A DNA stretch of 64,000 bases, taken from NCBI GenBank assembly GCA_050273025.1, contig CP158635.1:31434001-31498000 (forward strand), written 5' to 3'. The DNA comes from Cenococcum geophilum. Lineage: Eukaryota. Positions 38,401 to 49,456 of the stretch are shown piece by piece; position 1 is the stretch's first letter, and every line of letters begins with the position of its first letter. Below the pieces are notes generated by a model, which saw nothing but the letters and a program-made list of their open reading frames with translations, searched no databases and was not told where the DNA came from. The position numbers were made by a program, and so were the translations under genes.

Positions 38401-41400
38401 TAGCCGGTCCGTTAGTTAGTCTAAAAGGCAGTATTTTATATTCATATATTCCGTAACGGGTCTAAAATATAGTAAGGTTTTCTAATTTAGGGTTTATCCT
38501 AATGTAGTAAAAAGCCTAGCGAATATTAAGCTTCGTAAAGATTTTAGCTCTACTTATTTAGGCTAAAGTCTTATTAAGTAAAGGCAGTGGGTAGCGGTCT
38601 TTAAGGGTTAAATTATTAAGCTTATAGTAGTTAATATAGAAACAAAGTCCTCTATTTAGCTTTTTAGTAAAGAGAATAGGTAAGTTAAAAGGGGCTTAAC
38701 TAGGCTTAATAAAGCCCTTATCTAGGTTATTAATAAGATACTACTTTATGGCCTATAATTTGGCAGTAGATTACTATTAGAGGGGGCTATAGCTAAGGGT
38801 AACTACCTTATCCGGCTTAATTTTAATTTTATAGTTATACGGTTAGTAAAACAGAAGTATATTAAACACTACTTTAGAGAAGGTATCTTTAAATTTTTAG
38901 TATTAATGGGGTAGTTTCTGTTCTACTAGCTCCTTATTTATAAGCTCGCCTTTTTCTTAGGCTAGGGCTTCTTTCTCTTTAATTATTTAATTAATTTCGT
39001 ATAAGCTAGTTATAAATATAATAGTATTAAGCTAAACTAGGTTTTAGTAGAATCCTATAGCGCTAATATAGTAGATATTAACTAGCGGGAGGTCTATAGG
39101 TTTCTTTATAAATGTTTATTAGGCCGTATTTTGCGGTATAGGGTTTATAGTCTTCCTTAGCTTATATTCTATTTTCCGTAAGTTATCCTTCCGGTTTATT
39201 AGTTTAGTATATTATCTAATATCCTTAGCCTTTCTTTATAGCTGCATAGGGCCTAAGTTCTCTATTAGGGACCTAGCTAGGCCACTACTAACTTCCTAAG
39301 TCTCTAGTGCAGGTAGTATAATACAGGTAGTCTAGGGGTAGCGTAGTATACGGATCCGTTACGGATTAAGTTATATATCCTTCTTAAAAGCCTAGTCCCT
39401 ACGCGTCGCATTAGCCTAGTAAACGGTATTTATCTATAGCTGTATAAGGTTTTCTATTATAATACTAATCTCTTTTATAAAGGAAGGCGTTAGGGGTATA
39501 GTTTTAGGCTAAATAAGCTGCCTATTCCGTATATTAAGCTATAAGCCTAAATAGGCTAGCCATTTTCTCTTTAAGATTATATTATAGCTTCTAAGGTCCG
39601 TAATAAGGAAGGGAATATTATACTGCCTTATCTATTAACGCGGAGGTAGATCTATAAGATAGTTATAATAGGTAGTCCTATCCGTCCGTTATAACCGCAA
39701 ATAGGGACTAGTTTAGGCAGTTCTTTAAGGGGTACATTTAAAAAGTTAGCCAGTTTTATAGTATACTTTATATTAATTAAGGTAAAGGTATTTACTCCTA
39801 AGTTAGCTAAAGTAAAGGTTAAAACTTAATATCTATTACGAAATAAAGTATAAGGGATAGTGCAGCTTCTTCTACTAACTAGCCAACCCAGATCAATATA
39901 TAATATATTAATCCCTTTTAACCCTAAAGAGGAGTCTTTCTCTAAGGTTCCTCTTTTTCTAGCTTTATACTATCCTCCTAAATTAATAGGACCTTATTTA
40001 TCTTTACCTTTATTAGGCAGTTCCTTATAGGGTAGCCTATTTAACCGTATAAAAAGCAAGCTCCTTAATCGCTAAGGGCCTATATATAGGGGTCGCTATA
40101 TATAGGCCGGGTATACACTAGGCCTATAGTAGGGGTAGCTACACAGCTAGCTACTAGGTTAACTATAGGAGTTGCTAATTATGCCAGGGCACTATGGGCC
40201 GTACTTATAGTACTTACGGCCTGGTTTGCAAGGTTTTTAGTTTTTAGCTAGTTAGCGCATACCTTAATTTAATAGAGGCCTTAGTTAATAGCTAGGTAAT
40301 AGTCCGTAAGTTCCTTTAATATCTATACCGTAGTATAAGCTAGTAATACGGCCCGCTATAGGTCTAAGGTAAGCTTATTAAAGAGGTCTAGTAGTAGGTC
40401 TTTCTAGGGGATCTAGGCCTATCCGGCTAGGTATAAAAAGCGGGTTTAAAAGGTCGAAAAGATCTCTATTGTTTTTATATTTAGGCTTTTATAGCTAAGG
40501 CGGGCGTTTTATACTTTAAAAGGGTCTTTATAAATAGAAAATAAGTATTTAATTATTTCTTCTTTAGAGATAAAGGGGTCTATTAAGTCTTTAGTGTATT
40601 GCGGGCGTAAATGCGTCTAGGTATCTCTACCAGTACGGCCAAAAACGTAGGCTATTTTAGCTTAGGCGTTAGGGAAGTAGTCTATATTAACTTTAAGCTT
40701 ATTCTATAATTAAAGCTTCTAATTATTAAATATAGGGTTGGTTCTGTCTATAAGTAGTAGGGGATCCACGACCTTTACTAACCGCTTTAGTGCTATATAG
40801 GCTTTAGTAGATTTACTAAGGCGCTAAAATAGGGCCTAAAGGACTATAGCAAGTCTTTGGTTATCTAATAATAACTTATTATTAGATATAGGGGTATCTC
40901 TAGCTTTAAGCAGCTCTCGTAGTTGTTTAATTTTAGTATTAGTAGCCGTAAGCTCCGCCTAGGGGGTTAAAACGTTAATTATTTCTTTATCTAAAGTATT
41001 TAAGGGTCCTATAGCTGCTTTACCTACTACTATAGTTTATAGCATGGTGGTAGGGGTATTAAGTAATTCTAGGTAATATCTTTAGGGGTTCTGGTCTATG
41101 TATATCTTATAGGTTCTTTTCTTAGGGTTCTATTCTTTTCTTTTAGGTCCTGTCCTTGTGGTCCTAGTAATATCCTTAGGGTCCTATTCTATATTCTTAT
41201 AGATATATTTAAGTTCCTTCTTAGGAAGAAAGAGTAGAGTAAGCTTTAGATAGTATTAGCGACTTAGTTAATTAAGATATAAGCATAGTAAAAGGGTCGC
41301 GTAAGCCTATATAATTAGATTGTCTATAAACGAGAATCTAAAGCTAGGGAAAGGAAAGGAGAAGAAGAGTAGCGCCGTTTAGTGTTTTATAAGATCTTCG

Positions 41401-41500
41401 CGTCACGTAATCGCAATATGCGGCAATCTGTGGCAATCTGTAGCAACTTACCGGTGCGAAGTTCTGCCAAGTTCTGCTAAGTTCTGCCAGTACCGTAACA
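35475..41500 (-). mobile_element. Ty3/Gypsy chromovirus family D, full length, 247-bp LTRs at 35475-35721 and 41254-41500
   Basis: TSD AAGAG (35470-35474 / 41501-41505). Poly-C PPT complement after 35721. Minus-strand gag, PR, RT (YLD(D) ~38330-38344), RH, INT and chromodomain (~35960-36130). Confidence 0.95.
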
Positions 41501-41505
41501 AAGAG

Positions 41506-42925
41506 CTCTATTTCTTTTTTTAGCTGGAAATAAATATAAGTGGTCTAAACACACTAATAAAGTAGACGTAAAAAAAGGTAATTGTTATTATAGACTGTTA
41601 TAAAGGCCTAATAAATAGAGTATTAAGTATACTACTAGGGCTAGCGGCACGTAAGGTTCGCAGTCCTTAGATTTAGTAGCACTATATAAACCAATTTTCC
41701 AGTTATATAACTAGCTTAGCGTATTTTAGTATATTATAATAAATATAGTGCGCGATACCGTTGCTAGGAGCTATAACTATCTTAAACTAGATACTAAGGC
41801 CGTAGTAAAGAAAGTAAAGAAACTACTTAAGGATAACCACTTTGCGCTCGGTGGCCTAGTTAGTACTTTACCTTTTACTATACCTAACTAACTAAGGCTA
41901 GGATAGAGAGATAAGATTTAGGACGCCGATTATTACACGCTATATTAAGTGCGTATTTTTTAATGCTAGGCTAAGGTTACTTACCCTTAATAAGAATAGT
42001 ACTAACCTCTTCTTGCCTATTACAACTAATATAATATAGCTTATATGCATAGCAATTTAATATGAGCTTAAGGACTATAAAAGCGGAATATAAGTAATTT
42101 ATAAGTTTAATGCTAACGCTATAGTTACAGGTAAAACTATAGAAAGCCTCTTACTATACTTACTAAAGCGTATTATAGGTAGTTAGGAGCGACTATAGAA
42201 TACCTAAAAAAGCTACTAACTTAAGCGTAATAAAAGGCTATGTAGGCTACTTTTATAATAAGTTAATAAGATACGGAATGTAATTAGAGATAAGATATTA
42301 TAGACTTAGTAGGTAATTAGCGATCCTTTTAAGGATATTGTAGAAGATCTAGAGGAACTAAATCCTAAGTATAATAATAGATTTACTTAACAACCATATA
42401 CTGTAAGTGTAAATATATAATATTATATTAATTGCATCGCAACGCCATATCGCGATACTTACTGCATACTATAGCACTTTATGGCCGTTTCCTATGTTAT
42501 AATATCCTACTATTTTAATTGTTATATATAGGCTAATAAAGATAATATAATAGGATAACGGTAACCTAGTGTATTTATTGCTAAGAATAAGCCCCAAAAC
42601 TATATATAAGGTCTCCTTCTCGCAGTATACTAATAAGACGATTTTAATGCTATATAATATTATTAATACTATCTAAGTGCGCCTTAAACAAATTTAAGGT
42701 AATAATAAATAGGAAACAGGAATTAATTACCGCATCTTATAGTGTACTTTCGCCGGCGAGTCCGAGGTTATAGATATTACGGATAGTGCTATACTAGAGG
42801 ATATAAAGGCCCGCCTACAGAGTGGAGATAGATGGGTAATACTAGAATTTGCTAATAAAGAGGATAAGAGTAAAGAAGGCAGCGAAATTAATAGGGAAAA
42901 CAATGGCAAAAATAAAGATAATTAG
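41506..42925 (+). pseudogene. RIP-degenerated gene, possibly DUF6532-like, inside the CGTCAGG-ended DNA element; its 5' part probably lies left of family D
   Basis: Reading LLKDNHF...PIITR(C)IKCVFFNA...LFLPITTN..LICIAI(Q)YELKDYKSG at 41823-42087 resembles my recollection of the DUF6532 pattern. Acidic tail near 42770-42925. Confidence 0.35.
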
Positions 42926-43094
42926 GGGTTTAGTGGTGCGGTGGTACTATTACGGCGGAACTAATATAAATATTAAACTTAAAATAGCGGGTTAACTAAA
43001 GGGCGTTATTAGGCGTATTAAGGTTATACTATTCTACTATTAGGTCGAAATGTGTTCTTTATATAGTATTTGCCAGGCGTATAAAATATGTAGA

Positions 43095-43654
43095 GAATAC
43101 TAACTGTGTAGAATAAGTAAAGAGTACTAACTGCGCAGACTAAGTAAAGTATACTAATTGCGCGGAATGGGTAAATACTACTAACCGCATAGACTAAGTA
43201 AATACTTAATAATAACCACGCGGGAAGAGCAACACTTACCTATTACTTAAAGTAAGTAAAGTATACTAATTGCGTAAAATGGGTAAATACTACTAACCGC
43301 GCAGATTAAGTAAATACTACTAAGTGCGCGGGATAAGTACTTAAAAACAACCACGTGGGAAGAGCAACGCTTATTTATTACTTAAAGTAAGTAAGATATA
43401 TAGAATGCGCGAGGAGGGCATTATATGTTAATTACGTATTAAGTATAAAAAAGCTTAATAGAATAAAGGCACTACTTGCTTAGGTGGCTATAAATACGCA
43501 ATTAGCTGCACCACGTTGTTGGTTTCTGTTAAATGCGGCAATATACCGCTCCTTAGTCAATACTATACGCTACACGTTACAATGTGCGAAATGCGCATTT
43601 AGCCGCCAAATACCGCCAAATGCTGTAAAAATGGTGGTAAAATTTTTCCTGACG
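43095..43654. mobile_element. Right end of a large DNA transposon of the same family as 29693-31336 (TIR ...GGTAAAATTTTTCCTGACG ending at 43654)
   Basis: 43380-43654 is homologous to the reverse complement of 29693-30090. ~30-bp subterminal tandem repeats at 43097-43340. It truncates a protease ORF exactly at the junction. Confidence 0.8.
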
Positions 43655-46000
43655 TTACTAACTATGGCTTACCAAATATTACTTTATATGACATTTCTTC
43701 TATAGCAATAAATGTTATGGATATTAAGACGTTATCTATTACTATTGGGATCGCATACGCCAATTTAATAAACTCTAACTAAGTCCTATTAGTAGACGTT
43801 AAATATATGCCTTATAGCTACGGGGGCAGACTTAATATTAGTAGTCCGTATTATAGAGCCACACTTTCCTTAATAAGGTTAAGCTCTACTCTAAAGCTAA
43901 TTAAGTATTTAGCTTTTCTATCTCCTATCTATGCTTCTACTTTTAAATATTGGATTTTAAACCGAGTAAATCTAGCTTCTTATTTAATCTAGTCTACCTT
44001 AGTAGTTATTAAGCTAGCTTAATTAGTATAAAATATTAGGTATAAATATAGATACCTTAACCTCCTCTTACTTTTATTAGAAGGGCTCTATAAAAAATAG
44101 CAGGAGATGTTTAAAGAATAACTTTGTAACTTTAGGCATATATATAAGGCAGTTACTAATAGTAACTTTAATAGTTGTTAATAAGATCTTATCTGCCATT
44201 ATAGTTATTATTATATCCATCCCTTATTCTATTTATCTTTTTAGCTATTTAGTATAGTTTATTTTATTAATCTTATTATTATTTAACGGCAATTAAGGAG
44301 CCTGCCATTATAATTATAGTACGATTTAGATATATCTTCCTAGTTATACGTTTTAAACTATTGCTAGTTGTAGACCAGACGGTCTTAGAGGCGGCTTCGT
44401 TACCCTAATGTCCTTTTATAGTTTTCTAAGATTATATAACCGTGCTATAGGCTACAATTAGGTTGCTACTCCTACTAAGTTAATATATACTAACTCCACT
44501 TAATATATATCTTCCTAGGACTCACTAAGCTCTTCTTTACTTTTAGCGCTATTGCTTTTTATAAACTCTACTAAGGCTACTGCTGGCTAGACGCTTGTTA
44601 TTATCACTATTGTATTAAAATTAATATTCGTATTCTGACTTAGCTAGTCTTTAAGAAACTAAATTCTATTATTGCTCGGCAAATATAGAATTGGATTTCC
44701 TAGGCGCTTACGTATTCTAGCGTAGATTTAGTTATACTTATTTATATATAGGAATCTATAGTTAACTAACTCTTAGAGTATTAGGCATTAATTAATAAAG
44801 TAATAAGAACCTCCGTATCTATAATACGTTTTAGCTTATACCTAGTACCTATTAAGGTTTCCCAGTCCTCTATACCTTCCTAGGTTAGGCTTATATCGCT
44901 CTTATAGTACTCCCATATATAGCGGTAGTAGTCCGTTATTATTCGTTATAGGTTATAAACTTGTTTATTCTTAACGCACTAACGCCTTATTTAGGAGCTA
45001 TATATACTATATCGGATCTTAGCAAATCTTATTAAGGAATAGTATTAAAGACATAATACCTACCAATTTAACTGTCTTAAGATTAAGCCTCCGGAGTTAA
45101 CTAGTAAGTTTCTTTAGCTTAAGTTCTATCTCTTAGGTCGTTTAACAGGTACTTACTAACTTATTTAGCTAACAAACTATAGGCGGCCAAAGAGTAGTAT
45201 CTCTTTAGTTAGATATAACCAGTTACTAATTATAGAATTGTATAATCAGCTAACAAAGACCTTACTCCTTAGGGTTTATTATTAATAAATAGTTTACGCC
45301 CTTATATAAATTAAACCTGTCTTTTATAGCCCTCCTTAATAGGTAGAAGTTAAAAGACTCCCGTTTATCTAGGTTAGTCCCTATCTTAGTTTTAGTATAT
45401 CTTTAATATTTAAATAGGAGTCCTTTTATAAACCAATATCTTTATTTATAGTTTTCTAAATTGCTAGCCCTAATAACCTTCTAAGAAATTAGCGTAAACT
45501 ATTTATAATATTCGCGTATACTACCAGGTGAGTTGTTTTTATACTATAGAATATAAGCCCCTAAGAATTCTACCGCCTTAACTTATCAAAAATAGTTACT
45601 TCCTTAGTAGTCTATCCAAAGCTTTCCTATAAGTTTCGTCTAACTACTAATTATAAACTTAGGCAGGCTTCAGATCCAGGTCCCTATTTAATAGTTGCAA
45701 TATTTTAGAAGTTCTTAATACTTCTTATTGTCCGTAGCACAATATTGGATATATAGTCGCTTGTACTATTTAATAAATTATAATACGTTTTATCCCGTAA
45801 AGTAAGGGGTCCCTAAAGTCCCTAGAGTAGGTATAAGTTAGGCTATAATATATACCTTATCCTATTCTAGTGGTAGTTTATTATAGGGTAGCGGACCTAT
45901 AGTTTCTTCTAAAATAGGTAAGTTAACCTCCTAGTTCTTATCCTTTATTTACTAAGTATTATTAGTCCTAGACATTATAAGAGTTAAGTCTGGTACCGCA
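43655..46000 (-). pseudogene. Degenerate gag plus aspartic protease of another Gypsy-like LTR element (family E); LTR not identified
   Basis: De-RIPed PYFTG(Q)NV(SQ)FI..YKRL(C)...L(P)KYC gag motif ~45600-45830. C-x2-C-x4-H-x4-C knuckle ~44780-44826. Protease ...ELNLIKE...VIFGKP(W)L at 43660-43900. Confidence 0.75.
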
Positions 46001-46814
46001 TCCCCTAGGTTAGAAAGGCTTTATAGGTTAATAGGCTGCTTATTTTCTTCTCCGCTATTATTATAGAATAGGTCTAGCATCCCTAGTATTCCATTTATCG
46101 GTTTTATTGCTATTACTCTTATAAATTTAATAAAGGCTTATATAAAAGCAAGAAGAATTATATAGACTGTTGCAAATATAGTAAATAAAATATTAAAGAC
46201 TTCTTTCTGCTGTTCTTAGTGTACCATAACCCTCTCTTTTATCCTCCGTCTTACTACACTACGTGCTCGCATTCCCGCTACTAATTATCTATTTCGTCTG
46301 CTATAGGTCTCAAATAAAGAACTCTAAAAGTTTTATTAACTTATTCTAATAATGGTAATATCTACGCACACGTCGCTGGTAGTTCCGTGCTTAATTTCCG
46401 TATCTATTGGCAATTTAACAGCTTTTGGTAATAGTAACTTAATAGTTTTTTATTCTTCCATGGCTGTACGTTTCTATATATCTTTGTATATAGAGTTATA
46501 TATAAAGTGCCAGACTTCTAATCTAAAGAGCTTGCTGTTATCCCTACGTGGAATACTAAAATATAGAAGGGTACAGTGTCCCTCAGATATAAAATCACAG
46601 CATAGTCAGTTGGTCGGTTAGCCGTAATTAGCCAGTAGGAAAGCAGGCAGTAAAAAGAGAAGAAAAGAGTATATTAGAAGAAGCAACTATATGTCCGTCG
46701 TGCCTATCTAAGTTATTAAAGACTCTAAGGCCGCGGGCCAATCTATACATCTACGGAAGGCCTATACTCTCCTAAAACTATACCTAAACTAAATATTAAA
46801 TCTAGTGGGCCAAT

Positions 46815-46990
46815 TTACCCTACTATAGTAGGATTACTATAAGAGCTAGCCGAATCTTGCCCGGTTTCCGCTTAATATATTAGCTATACCTTCTATAAGC
46901 GATAAATATAAATAACTCTTTAGCAGCTACAAGATTCTTCTTAATAACTAGCGCTCCTGGTTATAAATAGATATTATTAAGGCAAATAAG
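46815..46990 (+). pseudogene. hAT transposase C-terminal dimerisation-domain fragment
   Basis: De-RIPed PNLARFPL(D)(M)LAIPS(M)SD(EC)(ER)LFSS(C)KILL(DD)(R)RS.L..DII(E)AN. Confidence 0.75.
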
Positions 46991-47570
46991 GTTCTTTGGT
47001 ATGCGTATAGGCTACTACTAAAGTGTATATTTAATAATAAGAAAGTAAATAACTTAGTAAGAAAGCCTTGCAAAAAGGTATCCTTTAAGGAAGCGGTAAA
47101 GGCCTAGCTTGCTACTACGGTTGCCATAAAAGCCTCTACTTAGGTAGAAGACAACGTAATTAATAAAGAGGAAGGGGAGCTAGATAAGTAATATATAGCT
47201 ATTAAGATTAACTATAAGACTAAGGTTATTAGTAAGGAGTAATATGGGTAGCTTTTAGTTAGTTACCCTAATATTAAATTTTATTTATTTATTAGTTACT
47301 ACCTTCTTAGCCTAGCTAAATGCTCGCTTATATATAGTGCTTATAGCTAGTATAGCGGAGGGGTTTAGGGCGATTTTAGCAAGCGTTAGGTAGAGGATCC
47401 TTTTAACGCCGAGCTACTAGTAAGTAAAGGAGTAGTAGCTTTACTATATTTCTTCTTAATCTTCTAAAGTACGAGACCTTCTTTTTAGTATTATCTAAGC
47501 TTAGTAGTAAGCTTTTACTTCTATCTGCTAGCTTATAGATAGAACTAGATTTTTATCAACTACTAGTAAT

Positions 47571-47775
47571 TGTGACGGCTTGAACAAATGCCGCACAGCT
47601 TGAACAAATGCCTCTAAACCGAAGCTTGAATGAATGCAACGTGGTGCTTGAACAAATGCTGTATTACGAAGATATCAAGGTAAGCAGCAAGAGAAGGTGG
47701 TGAGGCCACGTCTATATATATATGCCAAGTCTTAAGCAAACCCCTGACTAGGTGACGCGCCCCAGCGCCGTCACA
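47571..47775. mobile_element. Solo LTR, 205 bp
   Basis: TGTGACGGC...GCCGTCACA inverted termini. TSD GTAAT/GTAGT. Four GCTTGAA(C/T)(A/G)AATGC repeats and a TATA-like run. Confidence 0.88.
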
Positions 47776-48649
47776 GTAGTTACTTATAGGCGTTATTATT
47801 GTAAGGCTATTGCCCAGGTATACGGTAGGGAGCAGGCAAGCCGAGCATGAGTCACAAGAAGAGTCAATGGAAGAGGACGATATGGTAGGGAGTAGGTATG
47901 GCAATACCTTATACGGAGACGAACCAATAAGGAGGGAAAGGGCTGCAGGCCCGAGGAGCTTATAAGGAGGTGCCAAGGGCTAGCCTTGGTAGCTTCTGAG
48001 AGCCCCCGGGCGTGCACCCGAGTAAGGGGCTAAAAGATCCCTTATAATTATCTAAATTACTACCAGGCTTACAAGGGACCTTCCGCCGCGCTCCTTAGTA
48101 AAATTCTTGTCTTTTTTATTAGTAAGCTCGTTAATATAGTATTAAAGATTTCCTCTATAGCCTTTTTTACGTACTTCTACTATATTGGCTAGTCTTTATC
48201 TATAGAATCCGTATAAGAGCCTTAAGTTTTTATAGGTTAAAAATAAGGCTTTAATAGAGGCTTTAAATCTTAATTAAACTAAAAGCGATTAGCTTAACGT
48301 TCTAGCTACCTTAAAGAAGCCTTTATAATAAGTATACGTCTAATTAAAAAGCTTAGTTACTTTTATGAATAAAAAAAGCTAATAACTTAAGCGACTTACT
48401 ATAGAGGTTATATATAAGGACGCCTAAATATATAACTTATAATCGCAGTTTAAGGACCTTAAAGACCTAAATATTTATAGGTGGATAGCTATAGATCTAA
48501 ATATAGAGTTTATAAATATTTAATTAAGTAAGTTAAAGATTAGGTAAAGAAGAAAGATATTAAAATAAGGGTAAAGGAGCCAAAATCAAAGCCTTAAAAG
48601 GCGTTAGGTAGAAAGGCCAAGGTCAATATATTAAATACTATATAATGTA

Positions 48650-49012
48650 CTTTATCAGCGAGCGGGCCATATTACCGAACGGCCCACCTTTATCCCCACT
48701 AAAAATCGCAAAAATCATAGTATAATATCTCAATAACTACCTAATAATAATTTCTAAAAATTTATATTTGGGCTTATATATATATCTTACCTCTTTTTTT
48801 TTTTTAAAAATAAATCTATAAAGTAGTTATAGATATATATAGTTTTAGGTCGTAAATTCTGCTCTAATCTTTATATCTCTATAATTACTAAGCAAATTAC
48901 TTTAAAAAAGATAAGGTAATATATATATATAAGCTTAAATATAATTTTTTAGAAGTTATTGGTGGGGTATAAAGATAGCCCGTTTAGTATTATGGCCCGC
49001 TCGCTAATAAAG
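48650..49012. mobile_element. MITE, 363 bp, ~33-bp TIRs CTTTATCAGCGAGCGGGCCATA..., TA target
   Basis: Inverted termini. TA at 48648-48649 and 49013-49014. Additional internal inverted repeat. Confidence 0.9.
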
Positions 49013-49299
49013 TACGCTAGGGGTAAATAATTAATCTAATTTAATTAAGTGCAGATAGCTTCTAAGGTAGTAATAATTAATTTAGTAAAGTAACCGTTTT
49101 AGGAGTGCTTATATTATAAATATACCTATAATAGTTCTTTTTAAAGGCTAAAAGGCAAGTTATATAGTAGGATAAGCGATTTAGGCTTAGTTGACTGTAA
49201 TTTTATATTTTAAACTAAGGCTGCCCCGTGTAAGGGTTGTACATTACCACTTATAGTAGGCCTACTTTTTTAGCGTTATAAGACCGACCTGCACCCATC

Positions 49300-49311
49300 A
49301 AAAAAAATTAA
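49300..49311 (-). terminator. RNA polymerase III oligo-T terminator of the tRNA-Cys gene
   Basis: TTAATTTTTTTT immediately downstream of the discriminator on the minus strand. Confidence 0.7.
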
Positions 49312-49456
49312 AGGGTATGGTCGGATTTGAACCAACAACTTTAGGATTATTGCCGACAAGGTTGCAGTCCTTTACTCTACCTAATTTGGTATAAGTTAAC
49401 GGTAATTACCTAAATTAGGTAAATAAAGTGGAAACTTACCACTGAGTTACACACCC
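49312..49456 (-). tRNA. tRNA-Cys: tRNA-Cys(GCA) gene or pseudogene with two interruptions: a 59-nt GT-AG intron in the D-loop (49381-49439) and a 14-nt canonical intron at 37/38 (49348-49361)
   Basis: After removing both inserts: GGGTGTG TA ACTC AGTGGTA GAGT A AAGGA CTGCAAA TCCTA AAGTT GTTGG TTCAAAT CCGAC CATACCC T. Acceptor, D and T stems pair; anticodon stem pairs 4/5. U73 discriminator, followed by a T-run. Confidence 0.85.

Noticed and set aside
41570..41640. Possible MULE transposase motif (VIIDC.KGLINRV)
   Set aside because: The other MULE catalytic motifs, long TIRs and a 9-bp TSD could not be found; the resemblance is too short after RIP.
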